DNA from: Nitrososphaeraceae archaeon
Lineage (GTDB): Archaea; Thermoproteota; Nitrososphaeria; Nitrososphaerales; Nitrososphaeraceae
Length of the DNA: 64,000 nucleotides
NCBI GenBank assembly: GCA_035250975.1
Contig: DATFEP010000061.1
Span: 112,494 to 176,493, forward strand
Direction: 5' to 3'
Below the pieces are notes generated by a model. It ran no database searches, was not told the DNA's origin, and saw only the letters and a program-made list of their open reading frames with translations. Made by a program: the position numbers and the translations under genes. This document shows, piece after piece, positions 1 to 10,786 of this stretch; the first letter of the stretch is position 1, and each line of letters opens with the position of its first letter.

Positions 1-2364
1 AAACTTGTAGTCTTTTTAATTCCAATTTTAGGTACCATAATAATTTGTCCTTTAAATTTTATTGATTCAAAACCTATTATAAAAGGTCCATACATAGATA
101 ACGTCAAGTTCATTCATTATCTTGATGAGAATGTTGCGTTAGAGGAAATGAAGTCTGGCAATCTCGATATGTATTATTTCCGTATTCCCTTGGATTTGGT
201 TCCCAGCATTCTTGCTGATGACGATATTAAATTATATGATAAAGTGTCTGGAACATTTGGTATTCTTCTAAATCCGGCACCAGCAGAAGATGACAGTATT
301 AATCCATTCCAATTCCGTGAAATAAGGTATGCTATGAATTTTTTATTTAATAGAAACTTTATTTCTAACGAAATATTGCAAGGATACGGTTTTCCATTAT
401 TCGATCCCTTTGGACCGCTTTCTCCTGATTATCGTGTGATAATGGATACTGTCGAATCATATGGTTTTCATTATGATCCGGAATTTGTTTCAAATATAAT
501 TGGAAAGGTTTTACAAGAAAATGGGGCATTTTTTGAAGACAAAAAATGGTATTTTAATGAAAAACCAATTACCTTAAAAATTCTCATAAGAAGCGATGAC
601 CAACAAAGAAAAGTACTTGGTGAATTGATATCATCTGAACTCGAGAAGATGGGATTTACCGTGATTAAAGATTATGGAGATCTAAACAAATCACTAAGGA
701 TCTTACAAAACACTAATCCACAAGATCTTCAATGGAATATGTATACAGAAGCATTTACTAGTAACGCATTTTCTAGATATAACGAAGCAATAGTAGCTCA
801 GTTTTACGCACCATGGTATGCAAACATGCCAGGTTATCAAAATCCAGGATTTTGGCAATATCAAAATTCAACATTAGATTTTTTGACTCAAAAATTGGTT
901 TTTTCAAACTTTACCTCAGAAAGTGAAAGAAATACGTTATTAGAAGCAGCAACAAAGATGGGACTCGAGGAATCTGTACGAATATTTTTAGTAAAGAATA
1001 TAGATCCTTTTGCTGCTTCATCCTCTGTATCTGGATTAGTAAATGATTTTGGAGGAGGAATAGCTAACAAATATTCCTTATTTAACGCTAAATCCAACAA
1101 AACGAATTCTCTGGATATAGGTGTTAAGCAAATCTATCAAGGAGCTTGGAATACTATTGGGGGGTTCAGCGATGCTTATAGTAGCAACATCTATTCAAAT
1201 ATAGCCGATAGTTCAATCCTCCGACATCCTTTTACAGGCGACGTTATATCTATGAGAAATGAGGTCATAAATGTAACCACTAATGGACCATATAATAAAC
1301 TTAAAGTCCATCCTGAAGCAATAATTTGGAATAGTTCCCACGGATGGATACATGCAGATCATAATTCTACTTCTCTAAGTAAGGTAATTAATAAGATACT
1401 TTATTCAAATTGGCATCACGGGATTCCAATGGACAAATCCGATCTCCTTTATTCTTTGTATTTTATGTTTGAATGGGGATCTAATTACGGTACAGACGAT
1501 CCTACACAAGATCCAGAATATACGTCACGTGTAGAAGTAAGTCTTCCTTTAATGAAGGGGATTCGATTTCTTTCTAATGATACTATAGAATCTTTTATTG
1601 ATATATGGCATTATGATAGCAAGGAAATAATAGGATATGCAGGATTGTGGCCACAGGAACCATGGGAAATTTCTGCTGCCATTGAAAGATTAGTCCTTTC
1701 AAATGTTCTTTCATTTTCCAAATCTCAAGCTACTACAAAAAATGCAGAATGGCTATCGTTAATAATTCCAGGACATGCAAACTTAATAAAAAAAGAATTA
1801 ATGAAAATGAAAGATGAAAATTTTATTCCTTTACCATTAAAAAATATTCTAACCTTGGAAGAGGCAAAGAAAAGATACGATGCAAGCATAAAATGGATTG
1901 AAGATCATAAACATTCTGTAATAAGCAACGGTCCATTTTTCTTGGACTCGTATAATCCATCAGGAAGAACCATGGAAATAAAGGCATTCCGTGATCAGAC
2001 CTATCCCTTTGAACAGGGTTATTGGTCACATCTAGAAAAACCAAAATCTATTCAGCTAACAAACTTTACAACTGACAAATTTATAAAAATCAGAGAAGAA
2101 AAAGTAATCGATTTTCAAGCTCTAGTTGATAATTCACCTCAATCCAATATCTCCATTTATTACTTTCTTATTGATTATTCCGGGAAAATAGTGAATTCTG
2201 GAATGGCTAAAAAAATTAACGATGTTGGATCTTTTCAAATTCAATTGCACAAAAAACTAACTGAAACATTAAGGCAAGGACCAGTTTCATTAAAAATATT
2301 TGCGAATACTAACGAAGCATTGAAACCATTTATTTCTAATAACCTCTACTTAGTCATTAAATAG
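1..2364 (+). CDS. ABC transporter substrate-binding protein, family 5 (peptide/nickel type), 5'-partial
   Basis: Frame is open from base 1 (KLVVFLIPILGTIIICP..., hydrophobic signal-like segment), so the gene starts before the window rather than at 148. Motifs NPFQFREIRYAMN, LKILIRSDD and SNGPFFL are typical of family 5 SBPs. Confidence 0.85.
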   Translation, partial: KLVVFLIPILGTIIICPLNFIDSKPIIKGPYIDNVKFIHYLDENVALEEMKSGNLDMYYFRIPLDLVPSILADDDIKLYDKVSGTFGILLNPAPAEDDSINPFQFREIRYAMNFLFNRNFISNEILQGYGFPLFDPFGPLSPDYRVIMDTVESYGFHYDPEFVSNIIGKVLQENGAFFEDKKWYFNEKPITLKILIRSDDQQRKVLGELISSELEKMGFTVIKDYGDLNKSLRILQNTNPQDLQWNMYTEAFTSNAFSRYNEAIVAQFYAPWYANMPGYQNPGFWQYQNSTLDFLTQKLVFSNFTSESERNTLLEAATKMGLEESVRIFLVKNIDPFAASSSVSGLVNDFGGGIANKYSLFNAKSNKTNSLDIGVKQIYQGAWNTIGGFSDAYSSNIYSNIADSSILRHPFTGDVISMRNEVINVTTNGPYNKLKVHPEAIIWNSSHGWIHADHNSTSLSKVINKILYSNWHHGIPMDKSDLLYSLYFMFEWGSNYGTDDPTQDPEYTSRVEVSLPLMKGIRFLSNDTIESFIDIWHYDSKEIIGYAGLWPQEPWEISAAIERLVLSNVLSFSKSQATTKNAEWLSLIIPGHANLIKKELMKMKDENFIPLPLKNILTLEEAKKRYDASIKWIEDHKHSVISNGPFFLDSYNPSGRTMEIKAFRDQTYPFEQGYWSHLEKPKSIQLTNFTTDKFIKIREEKVIDFQALVDNSPQSNISIYYFLIDYSGKIVNSGMAKKINDVGSFQIQLHKKLTETLRQGPVSLKIFANTNEALKPFISNNLYLVIK

Positions 2365-2535
2365 TTTTAGTAATCTTATATTTATATAGCTTTTTCTGAT
2401 GCTCTCTTTTTAATTTTTTGTCTTTTATAATATTATTAATTTTTTTATCATGAGATTATGTTGTCAATTATTAGAATATCAAACTATATCGATATTTTTA
2501 TATTTTCAAGTTTTTATTACTTCACATTATATTCC

Positions 2536-3468
2536 ATGAGCTTTTCTATTGCAGTTCCTATATCTGTTTCAACGGCATATAGTCCTGGTCATATTACGGG
2601 TTTCTTTGAAAAACCACCCAATTACTTTAAAGATAGTCCTCTTTCTGTTGGTTCTCGGGGTGCTGGTTTTTCAATAAAAAAAGGTGTTACAACTACTGTA
2701 GAGTTATATGAATCATCTAAAATGTCTTATGAAATTTTTATAAATGGTTTGATGGTAAAAAATGCTCCTGTATCTGATTGGATCGTTAGACGCTATATTA
2801 AGGAGTGCGATTCTAATTTCTTGATAAAAATAAAACATCTCGTTGATATTCCTATTGGTTTTGGTTTGGGTACCAGTGGAGCTGGAGCGTTAAGCTTATC
2901 CTATGCACTTAATCAAGTTCTAGATACAAAGTTTAGTATCGAACAGGCCGCACAAATTGCTCATGTCGCAGAGTTACATTGTAAAACGGGTTTTGGTACT
3001 GTGCTCTCTGAATTTCATGGAGGATTAGAAATTAGAACTACTTTTGGGGCACCAGGTATTGGAAAAGTAACTAAAATTGAGTCAAAAGATCATATAGCTA
3101 TGATTTTGTGTATCAACCCAATTTTTACAAAAAAAATTCTTTCTACGTACTCAAATAAAGCAAATATATTAGCTAGACAAATGGTGGAACAATTACTTGT
3201 TTCTAGGGATCTCAGAGATTTTCTAAAATTATCGAGAAAATTCGCGGATTTTCTAGGCCTAACTAAAGGTATTTGCGCCGCACCCTTAAATGAACTTGCT
3301 AGTAATGGAATATATTCGAGTGTAGCCCTTTTTGGTGAAACTATATTTACTTTGGTACCAAAGAATGAAGAAAAAAAAGTGAGTTCTATCTTAGGTAAAT
3401 TTCAAGGAGTTCTGGTTGTTAGTGAAATTGATACTAAAGGAGCGATATTAAGAAATCGTGATCAATAA
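2536..3468 (+). CDS. poK: Pantoate kinase (GHMP kinase family)
   Basis: SPGHITGFF, GSRGAG and PIGFGLGTSGA GHMP motifs; first gene of the CoA cluster. ATG at 2536 preferred over 2458. Confidence 0.88.
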   Translation: MSFSIAVPISVSTAYSPGHITGFFEKPPNYFKDSPLSVGSRGAGFSIKKGVTTTVELYESSKMSYEIFINGLMVKNAPVSDWIVRRYIKECDSNFLIKIKHLVDIPIGFGLGTSGAGALSLSYALNQVLDTKFSIEQAAQIAHVAELHCKTGFGTVLSEFHGGLEIRTTFGAPGIGKVTKIESKDHIAMILCINPIFTKKILSTYSNKANILARQMVEQLLVSRDLRDFLKLSRKFADFLGLTKGICAAPLNELASNGIYSSVALFGETIFTLVPKNEEKKVSSILGKFQGVLVVSEIDTKGAILRNRDQ

Positions 3469-4222
3469 TCATATCCCATCAAATCACCCTAGAGCAAAGT
3501 CTCTCTATATTCGAAATTTACTTATAACTGGTTTTAAATCTGGATTTGTGGTCCCAGAAGGATTACTGGCGCATGGAAGAGGAGAAGCTTTTGATTACCT
3601 CATAGGAGAACATACTTCTGTCTACGCATTACATGCCATTAAGGCCGCATCATCTCTATTATTATTGGCAGATCATCCGGTAATTTCGGTTAATGGAAAT
3701 TCTGCAGCTTTATGTGCTAGGGAAATGGTAGAATTAGCTAATTATTCTAATGCATTTTTAGAAGTGAATTTATTTTATAAGAGTCGTGATCGGGAATATC
3801 TTATTTCAGAAACACTGAAGAAGAATGGAGCTAATATTGTTCTTGGGCTAGATAAAAAGAATTCTATAGATATTACCGACCTAACTAGCTCAAGAAGACA
3901 TGTGGATCTTGAAGGAATATACAAAGCAGATGTCGTATTAGTACCTTTAGAAGATGGAGATAGAACAAGTGCTTTAATCAAGATGAAGAAAAAAGTAATA
4001 ACAATAGATTTAAACCCTCTTTCAAGGACCGCACAATCGGCCAATATCAGTATTATTGATAACATTGTGCGAGCTATGCCCCACCTCGTTGAAACAACAA
4101 AAAAAATAAAAAACATGAAAAGGAGCTCACTTGAAAAAATCGTGGAAAAATATGATAATCAATATAATCTGGACAAGTCTATAAAATTAATACGTGGGAA
4201 TGCGGGCTCAAAATTTAGATAA
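3458..4222 (+). CDS. pps: 4-phosphopantoate--beta-alanine ligase (phosphopantothenate synthetase)
   Basis: HPRAKSL, EGLLAHGRGEAFDYLIGE, VPLEDGDR and IDLNPLSRTA motifs; overlaps poK. Confidence 0.93.
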   Translation: MINNHIPSNHPRAKSLYIRNLLITGFKSGFVVPEGLLAHGRGEAFDYLIGEHTSVYALHAIKAASSLLLLADHPVISVNGNSAALCAREMVELANYSNAFLEVNLFYKSRDREYLISETLKKNGANIVLGLDKKNSIDITDLTSSRRHVDLEGIYKADVVLVPLEDGDRTSALIKMKKKVITIDLNPLSRTAQSANISIIDNIVRAMPHLVETTKKIKNMKRSSLEKIVEKYDNQYNLDKSIKLIRGNAGSKFR

Positions 4223-5075
4223 TGATACCGATAAAAATAGCTCAAGAAAATTAACGGTTACTGAGTTCATGTTAATGAAGAATAGAGAAAAAATTTCGAT
4301 GGTTACTTCTTATGATTATTGGAGTTCGAAAATATGTGATAAAGCAGGAATCGATGTCTTGCTGGTTGGAGATAGTGCAGGCATGGTAATGCTTGGATAT
4401 GACTCTACTATCCCAGTTAGGATGAAAGAAATGTTGTTATTTACAAGAGCAGTAGCACGTGGTACAAAAAGAGGGCTAATTGTATCCGATATGCCACTTG
4501 GATCGTATCAAACAGATACAATGCATGCTATAAGAAATGCAATAAGATTTATCAAGGCTGGTAGCGACGCTGTGAAATTAGAGGGCGGTGTTGAGGTCGC
4601 AGACAAAATAAAGGCAATTGTCAACTGTGGAATTCCGGTTTTGGGTCACATTGGGTTGAAACCACAGACAGCAAAACTCTGGGAGGGATATAAAGTCCAA
4701 GGTAATACATGCACTTCTGGTTCTGATCTTATTAAGGATGCAAAAGAGCTGGAAAAAGCTGGGGTTTTTGGAATAGTTCTTGAAATGGTAGCATCGGAGA
4801 TATCGAAATTAATTTCAAAAAATGTAAGAATTCCAACTATAGGAATAGGTTCAGGTCCTTACTGTGATGGCCAGGTTCTTGTCCTTCATGACATGTTGGG
4901 TTTATATGATGATATTAAACCGCGGTTCGTGAAAAATTATACTCATCTGTCTAAGCATATTTTTGAAGCAACACAGAATTACATAAATGAAGTAAAAACG
5001 GGAGTTTTTCCAGAAGACAAACACACTTTTCATATGAAAAAAGATGAATATAATAAATTAAAAGCGGGAAAATAA
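4194..5075 (+). CDS. panB: 3-methyl-2-oxobutanoate hydroxymethyltransferase
   Basis: LVGDSAGMVMLG, AVKLEGG, GHIGLKPQ, GIGSGPYCDGQVLV. Confidence 0.96.
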   Translation: MGMRAQNLDNDTDKNSSRKLTVTEFMLMKNREKISMVTSYDYWSSKICDKAGIDVLLVGDSAGMVMLGYDSTIPVRMKEMLLFTRAVARGTKRGLIVSDMPLGSYQTDTMHAIRNAIRFIKAGSDAVKLEGGVEVADKIKAIVNCGIPVLGHIGLKPQTAKLWEGYKVQGNTCTSGSDLIKDAKELEKAGVFGIVLEMVASEISKLISKNVRIPTIGIGSGPYCDGQVLVLHDMLGLYDDIKPRFVKNYTHLSKHIFEATQNYINEVKTGVFPEDKHTFHMKKDEYNKLKAGK

Positions 5076-5093
5076 ATCATGTAATAATATAAA

Positions 5094-6365
5094 ATGAAAT
5101 TTAAAAGAACCAAGAATTTACATCCATCAAAGGATATCTCGTGTACATTAGGCGATGAGCTTAAAGGAAAACGGGTAATATTATGTGTTTCTGGCAGTGT
5201 CGCCGCTTACAAAGCCATAGATTTTGCTAGACTTCTCATGAGGCATGGTGCTGATGTATTTGCAGTAATTTCTAAATCTACATCTTTATTATTAAATCCT
5301 AATTTTTTAAAATGGGCTACAGGAAACGAGGTAGTTGCAAAATTAACTGGAAATATGGAACATATTGCTTTGGGAGACTTTGAAATGTCTGATTTAGTAG
5401 TAGTATATCCATGTACTGCAAATACTTTGGGTAAATTCGCATGTGGTATAGACGATACCCCTATTACATCAATTCTTACAGTTTCTCTTGGATCCAAAAT
5501 TCCAATATTTATAGCTCCTGCTATGCACGAAGCAATGTATCACAATCCTTTTGTGGTCAATAATTTAGATACAATAAGACAAAATGGTGTGTCAATAATA
5601 GAACCATCTATGATTGAAGGAAAAGCGAAAATTGCAACACCTGAAAATGCATTATCTCAAATTTTGAATTTTTTTGCACAATCCAATAATAAAATTTTGC
5701 TAAATAAAAAAATTCTTGTAACCTCTGGAAGTACTATAGAATTTATCGATCCTGTAAGAGTTATATCCAATCTGAGTTCGGGAAAAATGGGTCAAGCACT
5801 TGTAAACGAAGCTTTAGAACAAGGCGCGCATGTTACTCATATATCAGGTAATTCCTTCCTTAAACCTTTAACTAATAGAAATTTAAAAAATATCCAGGCT
5901 ACTACATCTGAGGATATGTATGAGAAGGTGACATCTGAATTATCTTCTAAGAAATATGATATTGCGATAATGGCTGCTGCAGTCTCTGACTTTAAGGTAA
6001 ACCAGGTAAATAAAAAGAAGATCAGAAGTCGCGGCTATAATAAATTAACAATAGATTTGTTTCCAACGAAAAAGATCATAAATTACATAAAATTGGTGGA
6101 TAAGAATATTTTTCTTGTAGGTTTTACAGCCTATCATGATGTATCCAATTCATTTCTAATTTCTAGGGCAAATGAAAAATTAAAAGAATCTAGTAGTGAT
6201 ATTATTATTGCAAATGACGTTGGAAGAAAATATTCTACTATTGGTTCAGATTATAATGAGGTATTTATAATTTCTAAAAATAAACCCGTTGTTCATTTAC
6301 CTCCTGAACGAAAAGACCTCATCGCAAAAAAAATACATGAAATAATTGCCTCATACCTGAAATGA
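5094..6365 (+). CDS. coaBC: Bifunctional phosphopantothenoylcysteine decarboxylase/synthetase
   Basis: SGSVAAYK, PCTANTLGK, PAMHEAM, IDPVRVISNLSSGKMG, AAAVSDF. Confidence 0.95.
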   Translation: MKFKRTKNLHPSKDISCTLGDELKGKRVILCVSGSVAAYKAIDFARLLMRHGADVFAVISKSTSLLLNPNFLKWATGNEVVAKLTGNMEHIALGDFEMSDLVVVYPCTANTLGKFACGIDDTPITSILTVSLGSKIPIFIAPAMHEAMYHNPFVVNNLDTIRQNGVSIIEPSMIEGKAKIATPENALSQILNFFAQSNNKILLNKKILVTSGSTIEFIDPVRVISNLSSGKMGQALVNEALEQGAHVTHISGNSFLKPLTNRNLKNIQATTSEDMYEKVTSELSSKKYDIAIMAAAVSDFKVNQVNKKKIRSRGYNKLTIDLFPTKKIINYIKLVDKNIFLVGFTAYHDVSNSFLISRANEKLKESSSDIIIANDVGRKYSTIGSDYNEVFIISKNKPVVHLPPERKDLIAKKIHEIIASYLK

Positions 6366-6430
6366 ATAATAAATTAACCTTGTTATATATTTTTAATTGA
6401 ATATTTTATGAACAAATTTATTATAATATA

Positions 6431-7516
6431 TTATAATATAACTAGATTATTTCTAAATTTGTTCATTTTTTTTACACCATTTTTTATTTTGTTATCTATG
6501 ATCACACTATCCTCTATTCTAATACCAAATTTGGACTTCAAATAAATTCCTGGTTCTATTGTTATGGTCATATTATTATTTAAGATCTGTTTATTGTTTC
6601 TGCGAATCCAAGGAGGTTCATGAACATCCAAACCAATTCCATGTCCTGTAGAATGATTAAATTCCTCATTGTAACCCCTATTTGAAATAAAATCTCTGCA
6701 AATTTTATCTACTTCTCCAGCTGTTGTGTTTTCGCAAGCGTTTTTAACCCCTAAATCTTGGCACTCTCTGACTATTTCATAGATTTTTTTCATTTCTGAA
6801 CTAATTCTCCCAAGAGCAAAAGTTCTTGTTGCATCTCCAACATATCCTTTATATCTTAATGTTATGTCTACCACAATAAAATCACCTGTCTTGAATCTTC
6901 TATCTGAAACACTTGAGTGTGGTAATGCTCCATTTGGACCACTTGCGATAATAAAAGGATTTAGAGTCGATCTGTACGAAGGCAAGCTTGCTTTGTTTTT
7001 TAAAGCCTCATACACTAGTGTTGCCTGCAACTGTCTTTCAGAAATTCCAACCTTTACCTCATTTATACATACTTCAAATAAGTAATCTATGATCTTTACT
7101 GCATGCTGAATATTTCTTATTTCTTCCCTATCTTTAATCATTCTACATTTAAAAAAAGGCTCATCATTGACAATGATCTTTTTTTTACCTATATGATTCC
7201 TCAAATATTCAACTCTATTGTATTGCTCACAATCGGTTATTGACGAATCACTATTTTTTAAATCTGATATAACAGAAATTAAAATATCATTCCCCCTTTC
7301 AGACTGAACCACTTCGCAATCCTTTGAATCTAGGTTAGCTCGAACATACTCTAATTTCGGAGTATATAACCTAGTCAGGTCTTGGTCGACCAACAGTACT
7401 CCCTCCCCCCAAAATCCTGTCAAATAAGAAATATTTTCTGGTTTAAAGGAAATTAAATTTCTACCTCCATACTTTGATATAGCTTTTAATATGTTTTTTC
7501 TGCGGTCACCGAACAT
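6431..7516 (-). CDS. Xaa-Pro peptidase (M24 family)
   Basis: GYVGDATRT, HSTGHGIGLDVHEPP, TIEPGIY, GIRIED. Confidence 0.92.
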   Translation of the reverse strand: MFGDRRKNILKAISKYGGRNLISFKPENISYLTGFWGEGVLLVDQDLTRLYTPKLEYVRANLDSKDCEVVQSERGNDILISVISDLKNSDSSITDCEQYNRVEYLRNHIGKKKIIVNDEPFFKCRMIKDREEIRNIQHAVKIIDYLFEVCINEVKVGISERQLQATLVYEALKNKASLPSYRSTLNPFIIASGPNGALPHSSVSDRRFKTGDFIVVDITLRYKGYVGDATRTFALGRISSEMKKIYEIVRECQDLGVKNACENTTAGEVDKICRDFISNRGYNEEFNHSTGHGIGLDVHEPPWIRRNNKQILNNNMTITIEPGIYLKSKFGIRIEDSVIIDNKIKNGVKKMNKFRNNLVIL

Positions 7517-7630
7517 ATTTTTAGGTTGTAATCTTATCTTTTATTCCTTTTCAATAATATTATAGGTATATTTGTTCTAAACACGGATTAATACTCCAAA
7601 AGGAAGGCTACAAGTTTTTTACGAATCTAA

Positions 7631-7946
7631 GCAGATGGTCGCTATTATAATAGTAATACTATTTCAGTTTATATGATTTAGTACTATGAAATCAGGAATA
7701 AAAGTAGCAAAAATGTTAGATGTAAAAAAAACTAACTATTTCAAAAGAAATTGACAGTAATGGACACCCAACTGAATTTAACAAAATGGAGGAATAGTGA
7801 CTCATCGAAAAATATCGATTGTAGAATCTGTTTTTTCCTTCATGAAGAGATGCTTCATCAATATATATGACAGTTAAATTTCCCAACATGGTAAAGAAAT
7901 GATCATGAAAACATCACTCTACAATTTGTTTACCTCCATAACATAA
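7631..7946 (+). mobile_element. Decayed IS5-family-like transposase 3' remnant
   Basis: Frameshifted pieces ADGRYYNSNT, KSGIKV, KWRNS, IVESVFSFMKR, VKFPNMVK and MIMKTSLYNLFTSIT* follow the order of an IS5-type DDE C-terminus (ADGAYD...ExxFSxxKR). Confidence 0.7.
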
Positions 7947-8762
7947 TTCTAGATTAGTTTTTGAAAATGAAACTATTAGGGCGTCAGGATTTTGGATGTT
8001 ATTACATTACATTGGAGACTCTTTCTTCATATGTCATTTAGACTTAGAATTAAAACAATTGTTATTATTATCAGAAAGAATAAAAAAAGTGTCAAACCTC
8101 GTTTTCAATAATATCCTAATCAATCATTTGATAATAGTCCTGCAAAAGCAAACCACTGACTTTTGAAAATTTTAACAAAACTTTTTCATCCTCAATATTA
8201 TAATATTTTTTCATTTTTTCTAATAGTTTATCATCATAAAATATTGCTCCAATCTTCTTATGTTCGACTAGTTATAATTTAGGTATTTTTTAAATCATCA
8301 TTGTAGATTTTTTATACTTGATTCAGATTAATCATTTTACCTGATTTTATTTATTGTACTTTCAACATGATCTACAGGAAAAAGGTGACATGTATCTGCA
8401 TATGTATTATGCTCCGATCTCGATGTTTAGATTAAATTGACAACTTTATGGTTATATCTTTTTTTGCCAAAACTGAAGTATATCTAAAATATTAAATGTA
8501 GATTTTTAATTATTTAATGATAATTCTATGAGTTTATAAATTTAATTTAACAAGATAAAGGATTACTTTATTTCTTTAAAAAAAATTTGTTTTAACGATA
8601 TTAAAGTCAATAGGTGAAGTAACTGCAAATAAGAATTTTACCTCAAATGTATAGAAATTTCATATCACTAAAATCCATTATAAATTGAGGATTTCTAGTG
8701 CACTGATTTTTCGGTTGAATATATATTAAAATATAGGTTCAACAGACTGTTATTGAAAAATC

Positions 8763-9905
8763 ATGGAATATTTGGTTATGTTGCCAGGTCCAACTAACGT
8801 TCCAAATCGTGTCATGAATGCTATGCTTGCCCCAATAATAAATCATCGTAGCGAAGATTTTCGTGTTCTATATAAGGGAATAATCGAAAAGACTCAGAAA
8901 GTTTTTGATACTTCAAGTGATATTATTCTTCTTACCACATCTGGAACTGGTGCGGTTGAATCCTCAGTGGTTAATCTAATAAAGAAAGGTGATAAAGCAA
9001 TAATTCCAGTTAATGGTGAATTCAGTACACGTCTAGCAGATTTAATTGATAGTTGGGGTGGAACGGCAATAAGGGTCAATGCGCCATTTGGTCAGAATCC
9101 CCCAATAGAAGAAATAGAAAAGGCATTTGAAGATAATAACGATGTTAAAGCAGTTTATGCTGTGTACAATGAAACATCAACTGGCACTACTATAAGATAT
9201 ATGGATAAACTCGGAGATCTTTCCAGCAAATTTGGCTCATTTTTTGTCGCAGATGCAGTTTCAATACTAGGAGGAGATGAACTCCCAGTTGATAAGTGGA
9301 ACGTTGATATCTGTATAACTGCCTCGCAAAAGGCATTAGCAGCACCTCCTGGTGTATCTCCGGTGTCGATCAATGAACGAACCAAAAAATACATGCAGTC
9401 TAATCCTTCACCAATACTGTACCTAAATTTCAATAGGTATTTCAAATATTACCAAGAACATATAGAGACCCCTTTCACTCCGGCATTACCTCTCTATTAT
9501 GCATTTGATGAAGCCTTAAATATCATTATGGACGAGGGGATGACTAACAGAATACAGAGGCATAGAATATGTGCTGATGCATTTTATTCTGGTCTTAATA
9601 ATCTAGGATTAACTCCTTTTGCTTATGAAAATGCTAGAAGCAATGTTGTTATTGCATTAAACTATCTCGACGGAATGGACGATAAGAAATTTAGAACACT
9701 ATTATCTGATAAATTTCGGGTTCTAGTTGCCGGAGGATTTGGTAATCTTAAGGGTAAAGTTTTCAGAATTGGGAGTATGGGTGAAGTGAATGAGTATCAT
9801 GTTATGAGAACAATGTCTTCTATTTATTCTGCCATGACAATGCTCGGAATTGAAGTAAACAAAGAGGCCTTATCTGTATCAGAAGAAAAATTGAAAAAAC
9901 TATAA
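8763..9905 (+). CDS. Class V PLP aminotransferase (serine-pyruvate/alanine-glyoxylate type)
   Basis: MLPGPTNVP, SGTGAVE, NETSTG, DAVSILGG, ASQKAL (PLP Lys), FRIGSMG. Confidence 0.92.
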   Translation: MEYLVMLPGPTNVPNRVMNAMLAPIINHRSEDFRVLYKGIIEKTQKVFDTSSDIILLTTSGTGAVESSVVNLIKKGDKAIIPVNGEFSTRLADLIDSWGGTAIRVNAPFGQNPPIEEIEKAFEDNNDVKAVYAVYNETSTGTTIRYMDKLGDLSSKFGSFFVADAVSILGGDELPVDKWNVDICITASQKALAAPPGVSPVSINERTKKYMQSNPSPILYLNFNRYFKYYQEHIETPFTPALPLYYAFDEALNIIMDEGMTNRIQRHRICADAFYSGLNNLGLTPFAYENARSNVVIALNYLDGMDDKKFRTLLSDKFRVLVAGGFGNLKGKVFRIGSMGEVNEYHVMRTMSSIYSAMTMLGIEVNKEALSVSEEKLKKL

Positions 9906-9966
9906 ACCAATTAGACATTTTTAATTTTCGTCAAGCTTAATATAAGGTAAATTAATAGCGATTTTT

Positions 9967-10716
9967 ATGCCTTTTGAAAAAGGATCTCTAATACTATTAG
10001 ATTATACTGCAAGAATCAAAGATAATAATGAAATTTTTGAAACTACGCGAGAAGAAGATGCTAAAAATTCGAATTTATATGATCCTGTAAGAAAATATGA
10101 ACCTCGTCTTGTATCAATTGGAGAAGGATGGGTTCTCAGAGGCGTAGATGAAGCACTTTCTACTGCTAATGTAGGCGATAAATTAGTGATTGAAATTTCT
10201 CCAGATAAAGGCTTCGGGGATAGAGATCCGAATAAAATCCGAATGATAGCACAAAGAAAGTTGGGAGAAAAAGCTGCCGAAATAAAGGTAGGTGATGTTG
10301 TAGAGATTGATGAAAGACCTGGTATTGTAAGATATATAGGTTCTGGGCGAGTTCAAATAGATTATAATCATAGACTTGCAAGTAGAAGTTTGGTATACGA
10401 TGTAAATATCATCCAGAAATTGGACACAAACGAAGAAAAAATAAAGAATTTAATGAAAAGGCGTCTTCCACTCAATGAAGAAAAGATAAAGTTTGAAATG
10501 CAAGATGATACACTAGAGATCGAACTTCCCGAAGATGTTTTGTTATTAGATGGATTACAAATAATTAAACGAGCTATTTCTACTGATCTCTTTAAATTTA
10601 TAACTTCTCTTAAAAAAATTATATTCAAGGAAGTATATAGTTTACCATCTTCTAAGGGCTCTCAAAAATTAGAAGCAACAACTGCTGAAGCAACAACTGC
10701 TGAAGCAAGAACCTAG
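9967..10716 (+). CDS. FKBP-type peptidyl-prolyl isomerase (long archaeal SlyD-like)
   Basis: LLDYTARIK..IFETT, GFGDRD, IDYNHRLA. Confidence 0.9.
   Translation: MPFEKGSLILLDYTARIKDNNEIFETTREEDAKNSNLYDPVRKYEPRLVSIGEGWVLRGVDEALSTANVGDKLVIEISPDKGFGDRDPNKIRMIAQRKLGEKAAEIKVGDVVEIDERPGIVRYIGSGRVQIDYNHRLASRSLVYDVNIIQKLDTNEEKIKNLMKRRLPLNEEKIKFEMQDDTLEIELPEDVLLLDGLQIIKRAISTDLFKFITSLKKIIFKEVYSLPSSKGSQKLEATTAEATTAEART
10672..10713 (+). repeat. 15-bp tandem repeat encoding EATTA-EATTA-EART tail
   Basis: gaagcaacaactgct x2 followed by gaagcaagaacc. Confidence 0.9.
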
Positions 10717-10786
10717 ATCAGAGAGTCAATCTATCAATATTTTTTTCCTAAATACTCTCATTTCTGAGCATTTATGATAACTAAAA

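Noticed and set aside
7950-8760. Possible pseudogene on the minus strand (HKKIGAIFYDDKLLEK...)
   Set aside because: Short, stop-interrupted and without a recognisable family; cannot be supported without a search.
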